A DNA stretch of 32,000 bases from an uncultured bacterium. Lineage in GTDB: Bacteria; Auribacterota; Erginobacteria; Erginobacterales; CAZKCI01. Below, in pieces: positions 1 to 8,458 of this stretch. Each line of letters opens with the position of its first letter. Within the stretch, counting starts at the first letter, position 1. The DNA lies in assembly GCA_964551475.1 (NCBI GenBank), contig CAZKCI010000027.1, positions 45,050 through 77,049 of the forward strand, in the 5' to 3' direction. The translations under genes and the position numbers were made by a program. The notes beneath the pieces are model-generated. The model was not told the origin of the DNA. It saw only the letters and a list, made by a program, of their open reading frames with translations, and did not search any database.

Positions 1-205
1 CCTTCATCATCCCCCGAACCACCACGAAATGGTCGGTCTGCTTCTTGTGGTGATGCCAGCCCTTGACTACGCCCGGATAGGCGGTGGTCAGGTAGGCGTA
101 GCCGAAGGCGCGGAAGAAGGGGTCGTCTGAGCGATACATCTCCATCACCCGTCCGCGCTCGTCCGGGATCGGTTTAAGCGCTTTGACCACGACTCCATCA
201 ATCAT
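1..205 (-). CDS. dTDP-4-dehydrorhamnose 3,5-epimerase-like / cupin sugar epimerase, partial (C-terminus off window)
   Basis: Reverse strand from ATG at 205 reads MIDGVVVKALKPIPDERGRVMEMYRSDDPFFRAFGYAYLTTAYPGVVKGWHHHKKQTDHFVVVRGMMK, with the RmlC-like 'DERG', 'YPGVVKGWHHHKKQ.D.F' pattern. Confidence 0.8.
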   Translation of the reverse strand, partial: MIDGVVVKALKPIPDERGRVMEMYRSDDPFFRAFGYAYLTTAYPGVVKGWHHHKKQTDHFVVVRGMMK

Positions 206-246
206 CGATCGTTTCTCCCTTCTCTACTTGGGGCCCGACATTTTCA

Positions 247-325
247 GCCGTTAAAAAGCTCAAAAAGCGCAAAAATAGCTGTGAGTTTTGACCCTGTTTT
301 CGTGCCTGGGGAGCTTTTTCGCGGC
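247..325. repeat. Inverted repeat around an AAAAAGCTC/AAAAAGCGC word pair
   Basis: gccgttaaaaagctc (247-261) vs gagctttttcgcggc (311-325), 13/15 complementary; 9-nt direct words aaaaagctc aaaaagcgc. Confidence 0.6.
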
Positions 326-330
326 TAAAT

Positions 331-1395
331 TCATGCGGCCGAGCCCGGGTCTTCTCCGGGGACAACCTCGCCGCGGTGAAAGCGGAGCTGGTCTTTCAGG
401 ATGTAGATGACCCCGCCCACCAGCGAGGCCGCCAGGGAAACGAAATAGAAGTTCAGGGAAAGCATCAGGGCGTGCCTCTTCGCCACGTCTGGATGCAGCC
501 CGTCCGGATCCAGGCACGCGAGCGAACCGAAGAACAGGATAAAAGCGGCTTCCCGGGTCCCCAGGCCCGAGAAGGAGATCGGCAGCGACATGATAACCGA
601 AATCGTCGGTATAAACAGGAAAAAATACCAGATCGAGATGGGCGGGATCGTTGCCCGAAATACCCGGGAGATCAGCCAGGTGTCGGTGACGATGATCACC
701 CAGATCACCGTGGAGATGAGCAGGGTTTTCACGAGGACCGGCGACTGGCCGCGGTAGACACAGAGGGCGTCGTGGACGTCCGTGATCTTCTTCCGGAAGG
801 CAGCCCAGGGGATAAGAGCGGTGAGCCACCTCAGGAGGCGCTCGCTGAACACGACCAGGAAGAAGAGGATCAGGCCGGCGGACACACCGCCCACGATCAG
901 AAAGATGGAGGCGGCCTTTTTCGGACCGATCGCCGCCCGGAGCTTCCCCGCGCCGAAAAGGAGGGCGACGACAGCCATCACGCACATCCCTCCCACCCCC
1001 ATGAGACGGTCGACGGCGACCGAGGCCAGGGCGGCCGGCCCTTTCTTGGTGAAACGGGAGAGGTAATAGACCTTGACCACGTCGCCGCCGACGGTCGAGG
1101 GGAGGAAACTGTTGAAGAACATCCCGATCATGTAATACATAAAAACGCTTCCCGGGCTCAGCTTCACCCCCTGGGCGCGCAGAAGGAGCCCCCAGCGGAA
1201 AGCCCCGGCGGCGAAGAGCAGGCCCATGATCGCGATGGCGGCGGCCAGGCAGAGGAGGTCGGCCTGGGCGTAATAGCCGGGGAGCTGGGAAAGGCCCCCC
1301 TCAAGGCTGATCTCGTGAAAGATGTAGCCGAGCAGCCCCAGGCCGATAGCCAGGCGGAGGAAGAGGAAAAGGCGCTGTTTGAGAGCGGAGGTCAT
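331..1395 (-). CDS. Multi-pass membrane protein, lysylphosphatidylglycerol synthase TM-region / YbhN (UPF0104) flippase-like family
   Basis: ORF with internal start MTSALKQRLFLFLRLAIGLGLLGYIF; motifs 'MIGMFFNSFLPSTVGGDVVKVYYLSR' and 'SLPISFSGLGTREAAFILFF' are typical of the family. Confidence 0.85.
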   Translation of the reverse strand: MTSALKQRLFLFLRLAIGLGLLGYIFHEISLEGGLSQLPGYYAQADLLCLAAAIAIMGLLFAAGAFRWGLLLRAQGVKLSPGSVFMYYMIGMFFNSFLPSTVGGDVVKVYYLSRFTKKGPAALASVAVDRLMGVGGMCVMAVVALLFGAGKLRAAIGPKKAASIFLIVGGVSAGLILFFLVVFSERLLRWLTALIPWAAFRKKITDVHDALCVYRGQSPVLVKTLLISTVIWVIIVTDTWLISRVFRATIPPISIWYFFLFIPTISVIMSLPISFSGLGTREAAFILFFGSLACLDPDGLHPDVAKRHALMLSLNFYFVSLAASLVGGVIYILKDQLRFHRGEVVPGEDPGSAA

Positions 1396-1449
1396 GGGCT
1401 GGCGAAGAGAAAAAACTATACACGAAGGGAGTGAGGAGACAAAGGGCAA

Positions 1450-1479
1450 AAGGTTACGCAACCTTACGTAACCTTACGG
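1450..1479. repeat. AACCTTACGT/AACCTTACGG 10-nt repeat with 9-bp inverted repeat
   Basis: aaggttacg (1450-1458) pairs with cgtaacctt (1467-1475); units 1460-1469 and 1470-1479. Confidence 0.7.
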
Positions 1480-1488
1480 AACGCATTT

Positions 1489-2607
1489 CTATTTCCACCG
1501 CAACGCGTCTCTGCGGAAGAAATAGACGATCCCCCCCCACGCCGCCGCCGCGTTGAGCAGGCAGAAGGTGAAGGGGGGGGAAAGGACGGGGGACGGGCGG
1601 CCTCGGAACCGGGCCTGGATCCAGCCGGCGAGAGCGGCCAGATAGAAAAGAGCCTGGAGAGGGAAGAAGAACCGGGGCCAGGCGGGGGAAAAGGCGCTGG
1701 AGACAAAGGCCGCGATCAGGGCGCCGGGGATAAAGAGGCGGAAGAGCTTGTGGGAGATCATCCCGACCGCCACCGGAGAGCGAAAGGGGTTCAGAAGCCA
1801 GGGGGAACGGGCAAAGGCCTGGTAGTTTCCGGCCAATGTCCTCACCTTGCGCCGGAACTCGCGATGCCAGTCCGCCGCTTCCGTCTCGAATGCCTTGGCC
1901 TCTTCGATGAAGACAATCCGCCGGCCCTGCCGCACCGCTTCCAGGGGGAGGAGAAAATCGTCGAGTATGGTGTCGTCCGGAAGCGGGCGGAAAAGCTCCC
2001 GGCGCAGAGCCCAAATCGCCCCGGTGGCGCCCAGGCAGGAGGAGATCGCCCCTTCCCGGCGCCGCATGAATTTTTCCATCTTCCAATACCAGTCGACCCG
2101 GACCCCCTTCTCTCCTCCCCCCTCCTCCCGGAGAACCAGCTCGCCGCTGGCCGCGCCCACCGACGGATCGGAAAAGGGAGCGACGAGAAAGCGCAGGGCG
2201 TCCGGAGCAAAGCGGGCGCTGGCGTCGGTGAAGACGATGATCTCGCCGGAAAGCCCGCTGACGGCGCTGTTGATGGCCGCGATCTTCCCTTTCCGGCTCT
2301 CGTAGGCCAGCAGCCGCAGGCGGGGATCGGAGAAAGAGCGGACGACCGCCGCGGTCCCGTCCCGGGAACCGTCGGAAACGACAACGACCTCCCGAGGGCC
2401 GGGATAATCCAGGCCGAGGACGTTCTCGACACTGCCTCCGATCGCCCTTTCCTCGTCCCGGGCCGGGATCAGCAGCGAGACCGACGGCCAACGGGCGGGC
2501 GCCGCCACCGGTCTCTTCCGGCCGCGCGCGGCGAGGAGAAGGCCGAGAGGGTAGAGGACGTATGTGTAGAGGATGAAAACCAGGGACAGGAGAAATACTG
2601 CCGTCAT
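1489..2607 (-). CDS. Glycosyltransferase family 2, membrane-associated (cellulose-synthase-like)
   Basis: Start MTAVFLLSLVFILYTYVLYPLG; 'SVSLLIPARDEERAIGGSVENVLGLDYPGPREVVVVSDGSRDGT', 'PDDTILDDFLLPLEAVRQGRRIVF', 'RRKVRTLAGNYQAF'; C-terminal TM segments. Confidence 0.88.
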   Translation of the reverse strand: MTAVFLLSLVFILYTYVLYPLGLLLAARGRKRPVAAPARWPSVSLLIPARDEERAIGGSVENVLGLDYPGPREVVVVSDGSRDGTAAVVRSFSDPRLRLLAYESRKGKIAAINSAVSGLSGEIIVFTDASARFAPDALRFLVAPFSDPSVGAASGELVLREEGGGEKGVRVDWYWKMEKFMRRREGAISSCLGATGAIWALRRELFRPLPDDTILDDFLLPLEAVRQGRRIVFIEEAKAFETEAADWHREFRRKVRTLAGNYQAFARSPWLLNPFRSPVAVGMISHKLFRLFIPGALIAAFVSSAFSPAWPRFFFPLQALFYLAALAGWIQARFRGRPSPVLSPPFTFCLLNAAAAWGGIVYFFRRDALRWK

Positions 2608-2643
2608 AGCTTTTCCCCGGACAGCGCTAGCTTCGCCTTCGTT

Positions 2644-2764
2644 GGAAACATGGAAATCTAGAAATATGGAAACAAGGAACCGGCTCTCGCCCCTCCGGAG
2701 TCCACTTGTTTCCATATTTCCAGATTTCCATGTTTCCCGATTGCCCCGTTCTCATATTTCCACT
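2644..2764. repeat. Inverted repeat (33-nt arms, 32/33 complementary, 28-nt loop) with an 8-nt tandem word array (TTTCCATA-type, 7 units)
   Basis: Arm 1 2644-2676 ggaaacatggaaatctagaaatatggaaacaag; arm 2 2705-2737 cttgtttccatatttccagatttccatgtttcc. Units from 2709: tttccata tttccaga tttccatg tttcccga ttgccccg ttctcata tttccact. Confidence 0.95.
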
Positions 2765-2771
2765 CAATAGC

Positions 2772-2800
2772 TTGACTTCTCCCTTCGTCTCGAACACAAT
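2772..2800 (+). promoter_or_regulatory. Putative sigma70-type promoter for the 2835 operon
   Basis: TTGACT (2772-2777), 17-nt spacer, CACAAT (2795-2800); AGGAG ribosome-binding site at 2823-2827 upstream of ATG 2835. Confidence 0.4.
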
Positions 2801-2834
2801 AGAGTCTACTATACCACCATTCAGGAGACTGATC

Positions 2835-3680
2835 ATGCCCACTGACAACAGCCCCGCGCCGGAAGCCCCTTCCCGCGCTCCCGATTCCGCCGCCGCGACC
2901 GGCCCGTCGCCGCGCGGGAAGATCATCATGGCGGCGGCCGGCGGCCTCCTGGTCGCCGCCGTCATCTTCCTGTTCGTGCAATATCGGACCACCTCCGCCA
3001 GCCTGGAGGCCGAGACCCAGTTGCGACGCTCGGCCGAGCTCCGGGTGAAGACTCAGGAGGATACGCTCGCCCAGCAGATCGGGCAGATCAACCGCCTGGA
3101 AAATCAGCTTCAGGATACCGAGACCAAAAACACCGAGTTTCAGTCCCGGGTCGGCGCCCTGGAGAAAGACCAGGCGATCCTGCAGAGCCGCCTGGAAAGC
3201 GCCGAGGATTCCCGAAAAAAGAGCGAAGAGCGCCTGGCCGAGGAGCAGACAACGGTGACCGAACTCCAGAAACGGACCGGCGAAGACCGGGTGAACCAGG
3301 CCCGGCTCCTCTCTCACATCGAGCGCCTGATGGGAGAGAAGGCGTCGCTCCAGGAGAAGCTGGCCGCGCTGGAAACGGGGAAGGCGGCGGGAGGGGCGGT
3401 GGCCCTACCCGAGGTGGTGGTGAGCGACGGAGAGCGCCCGCGCCGGGCCTTCGAGGGCGCGATCCTGGCGGTGAACAAGCGCTATGACTTCGTGGTTTTT
3501 AACCTCGGGGAGAAGGACGGGGTCAAGGCGGGGAGCCGCTGGGATGTCGTCGAAGAAGGTAAAAACATGGGCGAGGTGGTCGCGCGCCGGGTGCTTCCGG
3601 CGATGACGGTAGCCGACGTGGATCCCCGGCAAACGCGATCCGCCCTGAGAAAGAACGCCACCGTCGTCCCTCATGAATAG
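2835..3680 (+). CDS. Single-pass membrane coiled-coil protein with a C-terminal beta-rich 'GAILAVNKRYDFVVFNLGEKDGVKAGSRWDV' domain (similar in style to FlgT/MreC-type C-terminal domains); unknown function
   Basis: TM segment IIMAAAGGLLVAAVIFLFV followed by a long heptad-rich region; strong SD; overlaps the next gene by 8 nt. Confidence 0.8.
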   Translation: MPTDNSPAPEAPSRAPDSAAATGPSPRGKIIMAAAGGLLVAAVIFLFVQYRTTSASLEAETQLRRSAELRVKTQEDTLAQQIGQINRLENQLQDTETKNTEFQSRVGALEKDQAILQSRLESAEDSRKKSEERLAEEQTTVTELQKRTGEDRVNQARLLSHIERLMGEKASLQEKLAALETGKAAGGAVALPEVVVSDGERPRRAFEGAILAVNKRYDFVVFNLGEKDGVKAGSRWDVVEEGKNMGEVVARRVLPAMTVADVDPRQTRSALRKNATVVPHE

Positions 3681-5073
3681 GAAGAGGTTCCCCCCTCTCT
3701 CCAAGGAATCCCTGGTCGTCCTGTCCCTGATGGCCGACGCCGCCCTGGTTGTTTTAGCCGATATCACCGCTTTCGTCGCCCGTTTCGGTTTTGAGAAGGG
3801 GCCCCTCCCCCGGGTCAACTTCACCGCCTACCTGCAGATCGTCTTCCCGATCATCGTTCTCCGCCTGGCCTGCCTCTATTCCTACGGCCTCTACGACAAG
3901 CCGAAGTATCGCTCCATCTACGACACCGTCCTGAACACGATCAAGGCGGTCACGGTCAGCACCCTGATCATCATCGTAGTCGCCTACTTCACCCGCTCCT
4001 TCGCCTATCCCCGCCTGGTCATCCTCCTCTCCTGGCTGATCACCATCCCCTACATCATCGTCTGGCGTCTGATCACCCGGAAGCTGATCAACTGGCTGAT
4101 GGGGAAGGACTATTTCATCTCCCATACGCTGATCGTGGGGATGGACCGCGACTCCCAGCGGTTGGCCACCCGCGTGGTGCGGGAGGCCTGGATCTCCCGG
4201 CGCCTGATAGGTTTCATCGAAGTCGAGGCGGGCGAGGCCCAGTCGGTCGGCGAAGCCTTTCGGCTGGGGACGATCGAGGATATCCCCCGGATCATCGAGG
4301 AACACGCCATCGACGAGGTGGTGATCGCCTCCTCCCGCCTGCCCAAGGAGAAGATCCTGCGCATCATCTCCCTTTTCGGGGGGCACGACGTCATCTTCCG
4401 GATCATCCCCAACCTCTATGAGGCGATCATCGGATCGATGGCTTCCTTCCCGACCGAGCAGGTCCCCCTGATCAGCCCCACCGTCTCCCAGAAGCATCTC
4501 CGCTACAAGGAGCTGAAACGCCTCCTCGACACCGGAGGAGCAGCCCTGCTCCTGGTTGTCTTGAGCCCGCTGATCCTGATCATCGCCGCTCTCATCCGCC
4601 TGACGGCGGGGGCGCCGGTGATCTACCGCCAGCAGAGGGTGGGCCTCCACGGCAAGGTTTTTACCTTGTATAAGTTTCGGACCATGGTCCGGGAAAGCGA
4701 GACCCACGGGCCGGAATTCGTCCATAAAAACGACCGGCGGTTGACCCGGCTCGGCCGGTTCCTGCGCCGCGCCCACCTGGACGAACTCCCCCAGCTCTAC
4801 AACGTCATCATCAACGACATGACCCTGATCGGGCCCCGGCCGGAACGGCCTTTTTTCTACAAGGAGCTGGTCCGGGAAATCCCCTTCTACGCCGAGCGTC
4901 TGGAAGTGAAACCCGGCATCACCGGCTGGGCCCAGGCCATCTACGGCTACGCTTCAACTCCGAAAGAGCACCAGGAGAAGCTGCTCTACGACATCTTCTA
5001 CATCGAGAATATGTCGTTTGCGCTCGATCTGCTCATCGCCTGGAAGACGCTCTGGGCGGTGCTGCGGGGATAG
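3673..5073 (+). CDS. Undecaprenyl-phosphate sugar phosphotransferase (exopolysaccharide polyprenyl glycosylphosphotransferase, WbaP/EpsE-like)
   Basis: N-terminal TM bundle, CoA-binding-like domain ('IVGMDRDSQRLATRVVRE'), and C-terminal transferase motifs 'YRQQRVGLHGKVFTLYKFRTMV', 'LTRLGRFLRRAHLDELPQLYNVIINDMTLIGPRPERP', 'VKPGITGWAQAIYGY'. Confidence 0.95.
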   Translation: MNRKRFPPLSKESLVVLSLMADAALVVLADITAFVARFGFEKGPLPRVNFTAYLQIVFPIIVLRLACLYSYGLYDKPKYRSIYDTVLNTIKAVTVSTLIIIVVAYFTRSFAYPRLVILLSWLITIPYIIVWRLITRKLINWLMGKDYFISHTLIVGMDRDSQRLATRVVREAWISRRLIGFIEVEAGEAQSVGEAFRLGTIEDIPRIIEEHAIDEVVIASSRLPKEKILRIISLFGGHDVIFRIIPNLYEAIIGSMASFPTEQVPLISPTVSQKHLRYKELKRLLDTGGAALLLVVLSPLILIIAALIRLTAGAPVIYRQQRVGLHGKVFTLYKFRTMVRESETHGPEFVHKNDRRLTRLGRFLRRAHLDELPQLYNVIINDMTLIGPRPERPFFYKELVREIPFYAERLEVKPGITGWAQAIYGYASTPKEHQEKLLYDIFYIENMSFALDLLIAWKTLWAVLRG

Positions 5074-5092
5074 CGGGAAACGCGGTAAGCAG

Positions 5093-5132
5093 TGATCAGT
5101 AATCAATAATCAGCAACCTATAATCTATAATC
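5093..5132. repeat. Low-complexity word repeat between convergent genes (AGTGATCAGTAATCAATAATCAG / CCTATAATCTATAATC)
   Basis: agcagtgatcagtaatcaataatcagcaacctataatctataatc. The 16-mer cctataatctataatc (5117-5132) recurs exactly, inverted, at 18451-18466. Confidence 0.75.
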
Positions 5133-5133
5133 C

Positions 5134-5784
5134 TCATTCGACCTGACCAGGCGCCCATCTGCCTGGCGGCGCGGCCCGCAGGAACTCCCGGATCGCCCTC
5201 TCCCCCTCCTCCAGATCGAAAGTCCCCTCCACGGACACTCGGACCAGAAAGGCGGGCGCCGCCTTCCCGGAAAGGCGGCCGAGGACTATCCTGGCCTGGA
5301 CCTCCAGGTAGCCCGGCACGGCGCGGCCGCCGTAGATATACCAGTAGTAGACCAGGCTTCTCCCTCCCGGACCGGCGGCCAGAAAACGCCGGGCGCGGAA
5401 CACCCCTCCTCTCCCGTCCGGAAGATCGCCCTCCCCTTCCTCCGTGAGCTCCGTGGCGCCCCCGACAAAACAGTACTCGGGAGGGTGCAGGGCGGCGCGG
5501 TCGGCCCCGGCGGAGACCAGGTAAAAATTGACCGCCCTCCCCGGCGCGCGATACTGGCGGAAGATCAGCGCATCGCCGCCGAGCGCCGCCCGGCGCGGGG
5601 CGGAGACGGGCAGATCCACGGCTTCCCAACCGGGGACCGACCGCGGTGGCAAGCCGGCGGCGGGCGAATCATCCGATCCATCCAACCGCTCCCGCCCGAG
5701 ATAAACCCGGGCGAGCAGAAGCGCTCCCAGAAGAAAAAGGAGGCTCAGGCGGAAGGCGGCGGCTCGGGAGAGCGGATGAGCCAT
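5134..5784 (-). CDS. EpsI-family exosortase-associated protein
   Basis: Start MAHPLSRAAAFRLSLLFLLGALLLARVYLG; 'ALHPPEYCFVGGATELTEEGE' matches the EpsI 'H.PE.C..GGGW' region; 'YYWYIYGGRAVPGYLEVQARIVLGRLSG'; overlaps the exosortase gene. Confidence 0.75.
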   Translation of the reverse strand: MAHPLSRAAAFRLSLLFLLGALLLARVYLGRERLDGSDDSPAAGLPPRSVPGWEAVDLPVSAPRRAALGGDALIFRQYRAPGRAVNFYLVSAGADRAALHPPEYCFVGGATELTEEGEGDLPDGRGGVFRARRFLAAGPGGRSLVYYWYIYGGRAVPGYLEVQARIVLGRLSGKAAPAFLVRVSVEGTFDLEEGERAIREFLRAAPPGRWAPGQVE

Positions 5785-6629
5785 CGGATCACCAGGAGGT
5801 AGCAGAGAAGGCACACGATATAGACCCCCACGCCCAGGGCGATATGAATTCCCCCGCGCAGGATCGCCGGACCCGCGGTCTGGCGGAGAACGATCAGGAG
5901 GGCGACTCGCAGCGTGTTGCTGACCGGGGCGAAAACGAAGGCGGCGAGCACCGCCGCCAGACGGCGGGAGAAGGTGAACGGGAAAAGAAACGCGAAGACG
6001 CCCCCGACGGCGCCGAAGGAGAGAAGAGAGCGCAAACCCGCGCAGGGATCCCCGATGGCCAGCGGCTCCCCGGGTGGCGCGGAGGGGAGCACGATCTGGA
6101 ATCCGCTCGGCCAGGCTTCGATCCCGAGGAGCCGAACCAGAAACAGAGCCGCCTGGATCGAGGCCACCTTGAGGCGAAAGGCGAGCGCGATGACGGCGAG
6201 ACCGGGCAGGGGGATGACGAAGGCGAGCAGCAAAAGCGGGCCGAAGAGGATCCGGGTCCGGGGAAGGCCCCAGTTGAACAGGCTCAAGCCCGCGAGAACC
6301 GGGAAGAGGGACCAGGCGGCAACGAAGTTTATCCGAAACACGCGGCCGAAGAGATGGAGGGCAAGACCGGCGAGGAGGAGGGGAAGGCCGGCCCGGGAGG
6401 GTCGAGGAGAAGCGGCGGCAAGACGATGGCGTCTCTGCCGGAAAAGAAAGGCCATGGCCACGAGAAGCAGCCAGCCGTGGGTGTAATAGGAATCCGTCTC
6501 TCGGACGGCGTCGTCGATCCAGAGAAAGGACGGCCAGAAAAGGATGCCCACGGCGAGCAGGAGAAGGGCCATCCTCCAGGCCTCCACGCCGGGGCGCGGG
6601 AGAGAAAACAATAATGGGGAAGATTTCAC
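5745..6629 (-). CDS. Exosortase/archaeosortase family transmembrane protein
   Basis: Multi-TM; candidate catalytic Cys in 'GDPCAGLRSLLSF', Arg in 'APVSNTLRVALLIVL', His in 'GGIHIALGVGVYIV'; N-terminal 'DSYYTHGWLLLVAMAFLF'. Start could also be Met at 6572. Confidence 0.85.
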   Translation of the reverse strand: MKSSPLLFSLPRPGVEAWRMALLLLAVGILFWPSFLWIDDAVRETDSYYTHGWLLLVAMAFLFRQRRHRLAAASPRPSRAGLPLLLAGLALHLFGRVFRINFVAAWSLFPVLAGLSLFNWGLPRTRILFGPLLLLAFVIPLPGLAVIALAFRLKVASIQAALFLVRLLGIEAWPSGFQIVLPSAPPGEPLAIGDPCAGLRSLLSFGAVGGVFAFLFPFTFSRRLAAVLAAFVFAPVSNTLRVALLIVLRQTAGPAILRGGIHIALGVGVYIVCLLCYLLVIRWLIRSPEPPPSA

Positions 6630-6630
6630 G

Positions 6631-7353
6631 CTACCGGCGATGACGGAGGCGCCATCCCTCCCGGATTTTCTCTTCCATATATATTCTCGCCCAACGGAAT
6701 CCGGCCCCGCGAACGATCGCCCGGAGATCGCGGGCGGTCATCCGGGAGCGGACGGGATAGCGACGCCAATGGTAGGGGTCGGTCGAAGGCGCGTTGGCGC
6801 CGGCGCGGGAGGCGCAGAGGCCGCGGTAGCCGGCGCGGCGGACCAGCGCGGGGAAATGGGGCGGGAGATAGCCGCGGGGGAGTGCAAAAAAGGAGATCGC
6901 CGTGTTGAGCTGCTCCTCCAGGCGACGTTTGGATTCGGCCGCCTCGCGGAAAAGATCCGCCGCCGATCTCCCGGTCAGGAGGTCATGGCTCATCCCGTGG
7001 GAACCGACCTCCATCCCGGCGGCGAGAAGAGCCCGCAGGTCGTCCCATCCCATCATCCCTTCCGTTCCGACCAGCGACACGGAGGGGAAGAATACCGCCT
7101 TGAATCCAAACTCAGCGAGCAGGGGCAGGGCCGCGGTGACATTGTCCTTCCACCCGTCGTCGAAGGTGAGGATCGTTGCCGGGGGGCCCGAAACAGTCTC
7201 CCGTTCAACCAGATATTCGCTCAGCGTCGGCGTACGGATGCCTTCATCGCGGAGATAGCCGAGCCAAGACCGGAATCCCTCCGGCGGCAAACGGTAGCCG
7301 GCCGGGCCGCTATTCTCGCTGATGCTGTGGAACATCAGGAACGGAACCATCAT
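6631..7353 (-). CDS. Polysaccharide deacetylase (NodB/CE4 family)
   Basis: Start MMVPFLMFHSISE; 'ATILTFDDGWKDN', 'GMEVGSHGMSHDLLTG', 'FFALPRGY'. Upstream ORF extension is translated repeat sequence. Confidence 0.88.
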   Translation of the reverse strand: MMVPFLMFHSISENSGPAGYRLPPEGFRSWLGYLRDEGIRTPTLSEYLVERETVSGPPATILTFDDGWKDNVTAALPLLAEFGFKAVFFPSVSLVGTEGMMGWDDLRALLAAGMEVGSHGMSHDLLTGRSAADLFREAAESKRRLEEQLNTAISFFALPRGYLPPHFPALVRRAGYRGLCASRAGANAPSTDPYHWRRYPVRSRMTARDLRAIVRGAGFRWARIYMEEKIREGWRLRHRR

Positions 7354-7360
7354 AAACAAA

Positions 7361-7492
7361 ATCCGAAATCCGAAATCCGAAATCCGAAACAAATCCGAAA
7401 TCCGAATGACCGAAACAAAGGATGCCGCCCAGCCGTTTGGGAATTTCGATATTCGAATTTGTTTCGGATTTCGTATTTCGATATTCGAATTT
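7361..7492. repeat. Inverted/tandem repeat element: ATCCGAA 7-mer array and ATTTCGATATTCGAATTT direct repeats
   Basis: Six ATCCGAA units (7361-7388, 7393-7406). Inverted arms 7371-7397 (cgaaatccgaaatccgaaacaaatccg) and 7454-7480 (cgaatttgtttcggatttcgtatttcg), 25/27 complementary. 18-mer atttcgatattcgaattt at 7443-7460 and 7475-7492. Confidence 0.95.
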
Positions 7493-7498
7493 CTCCTT

Positions 7499-8335
7499 TC
7501 ATTCGGTGAATTTAAACAGCGTGATTTCGGGAGGGCAGAGGAAACGGACCGGATAAGGCTTGGACCCGATCCCCCGGTTGACGTAGAGCCAGCCGCCCGG
7601 GAGGGGGAAGAGGCCGCGGAGGAACGGAGAGCGGCCGTAGGATTCGAGGAAACGACCCCAGGCCGGCAGGCCGACCTGTCCGCCATGGGTGTCCCCGGAG
7701 AGCACCAGGTCGGCCCCCTGCTCGATCAGAGCCGGGGCGAGATCGGGGCTGGCGGAGAGGACGACGAGCGGCTCATTCCGAGGAATCCCCTCCAGGGCGG
7801 CGGAGATCCCTCCTTCCCCCCCGTAGTCGACGCCGGCCAGCCAGAAAAAATCCTCCCCGTTCCCGAAGCGCATCTTCAGGCTCTTTCCCCCGATCAGCGA
7901 GAGGCCGGAGCGCTTCCAGAGCAAGACAAAATCGTCTCCCTGGAGGTAAGCCCGGTCGGCGTTCCCCAGGATCCCGTAGCACCACATCCCGGGTCTCAGT
8001 CTCGAAACCAGCCGGGCGACCAGGGGGGCGGCGCGGGAAGATTCGACATAGTCCCCGGTGAAAAGGACGCAGTCCGGATGGAGACGGTTGATCCTTTCGA
8101 TCAGGCTTTTCTCCCGGAACCCCAGCTCCCCGGCGATGTGAAGGTCGGAGACCTGGACGATCCGTCGGCCCTGGAGAACGCGGGCGAGAGCGGGATGGCG
8201 GATGCGGACGGTCGTCACCGTCACCCAGTTCGGCTCGATCACCAGGGCGTCAAAGAGGATAAAGCCGGCCGTGGCGACGGCCGCCAGGCCGAGCAGCGCG
8301 GCCAGAAGAAGGAATTTCGTCGGGGCGGGCCTCAT
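7499..8335 (-). CDS. Metallophosphoesterase (calcineurin-like, YkuE/YaeI-type)
   Basis: N-terminal TM; 'RRIVQVSDLHIAGELG', 'VLFTGDYV', 'YGILGNAD', 'DLVLSGDTHGGQVGLP'. Confidence 0.9.
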   Translation of the reverse strand: MRPAPTKFLLLAALLGLAAVATAGFILFDALVIEPNWVTVTTVRIRHPALARVLQGRRIVQVSDLHIAGELGFREKSLIERINRLHPDCVLFTGDYVESSRAAPLVARLVSRLRPGMWCYGILGNADRAYLQGDDFVLLWKRSGLSLIGGKSLKMRFGNGEDFFWLAGVDYGGEGGISAALEGIPRNEPLVVLSASPDLAPALIEQGADLVLSGDTHGGQVGLPAWGRFLESYGRSPFLRGLFPLPGGWLYVNRGIGSKPYPVRFLCPPEITLFKFTE

Positions 8336-8458
8336 AGAATGCCGCGAGCAGGGTCGAAGCAGTCATCCCCGACGCGGGACGAGGGAACGAATATGAATAT
8401 TCCAGCAACAATCCGGCGCGGGCGGCCGGAGACACCGGCTGACACTTCTGATCAAACC

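Noticed and set aside
7371-7480. Possible CRISPR array in the ATCCGAA repeat region (and likewise 23061-23141, 2709-2764)
   Set aside because: Units are 7-10 nt with no unique spacers of regular length and no cas genes; this is tandem/inverted low-complexity sequence.
7354-7686. N-terminal extension of the deacetylase ORF ('NIEIRNPKQIRISKFPNG...ISDLFRISDFGFRI')
   Set aside because: Translated repeat plus the antisense end of the metallophosphoesterase gene; the true start is most likely MMVPFLMFHS at 7353 or 7350.
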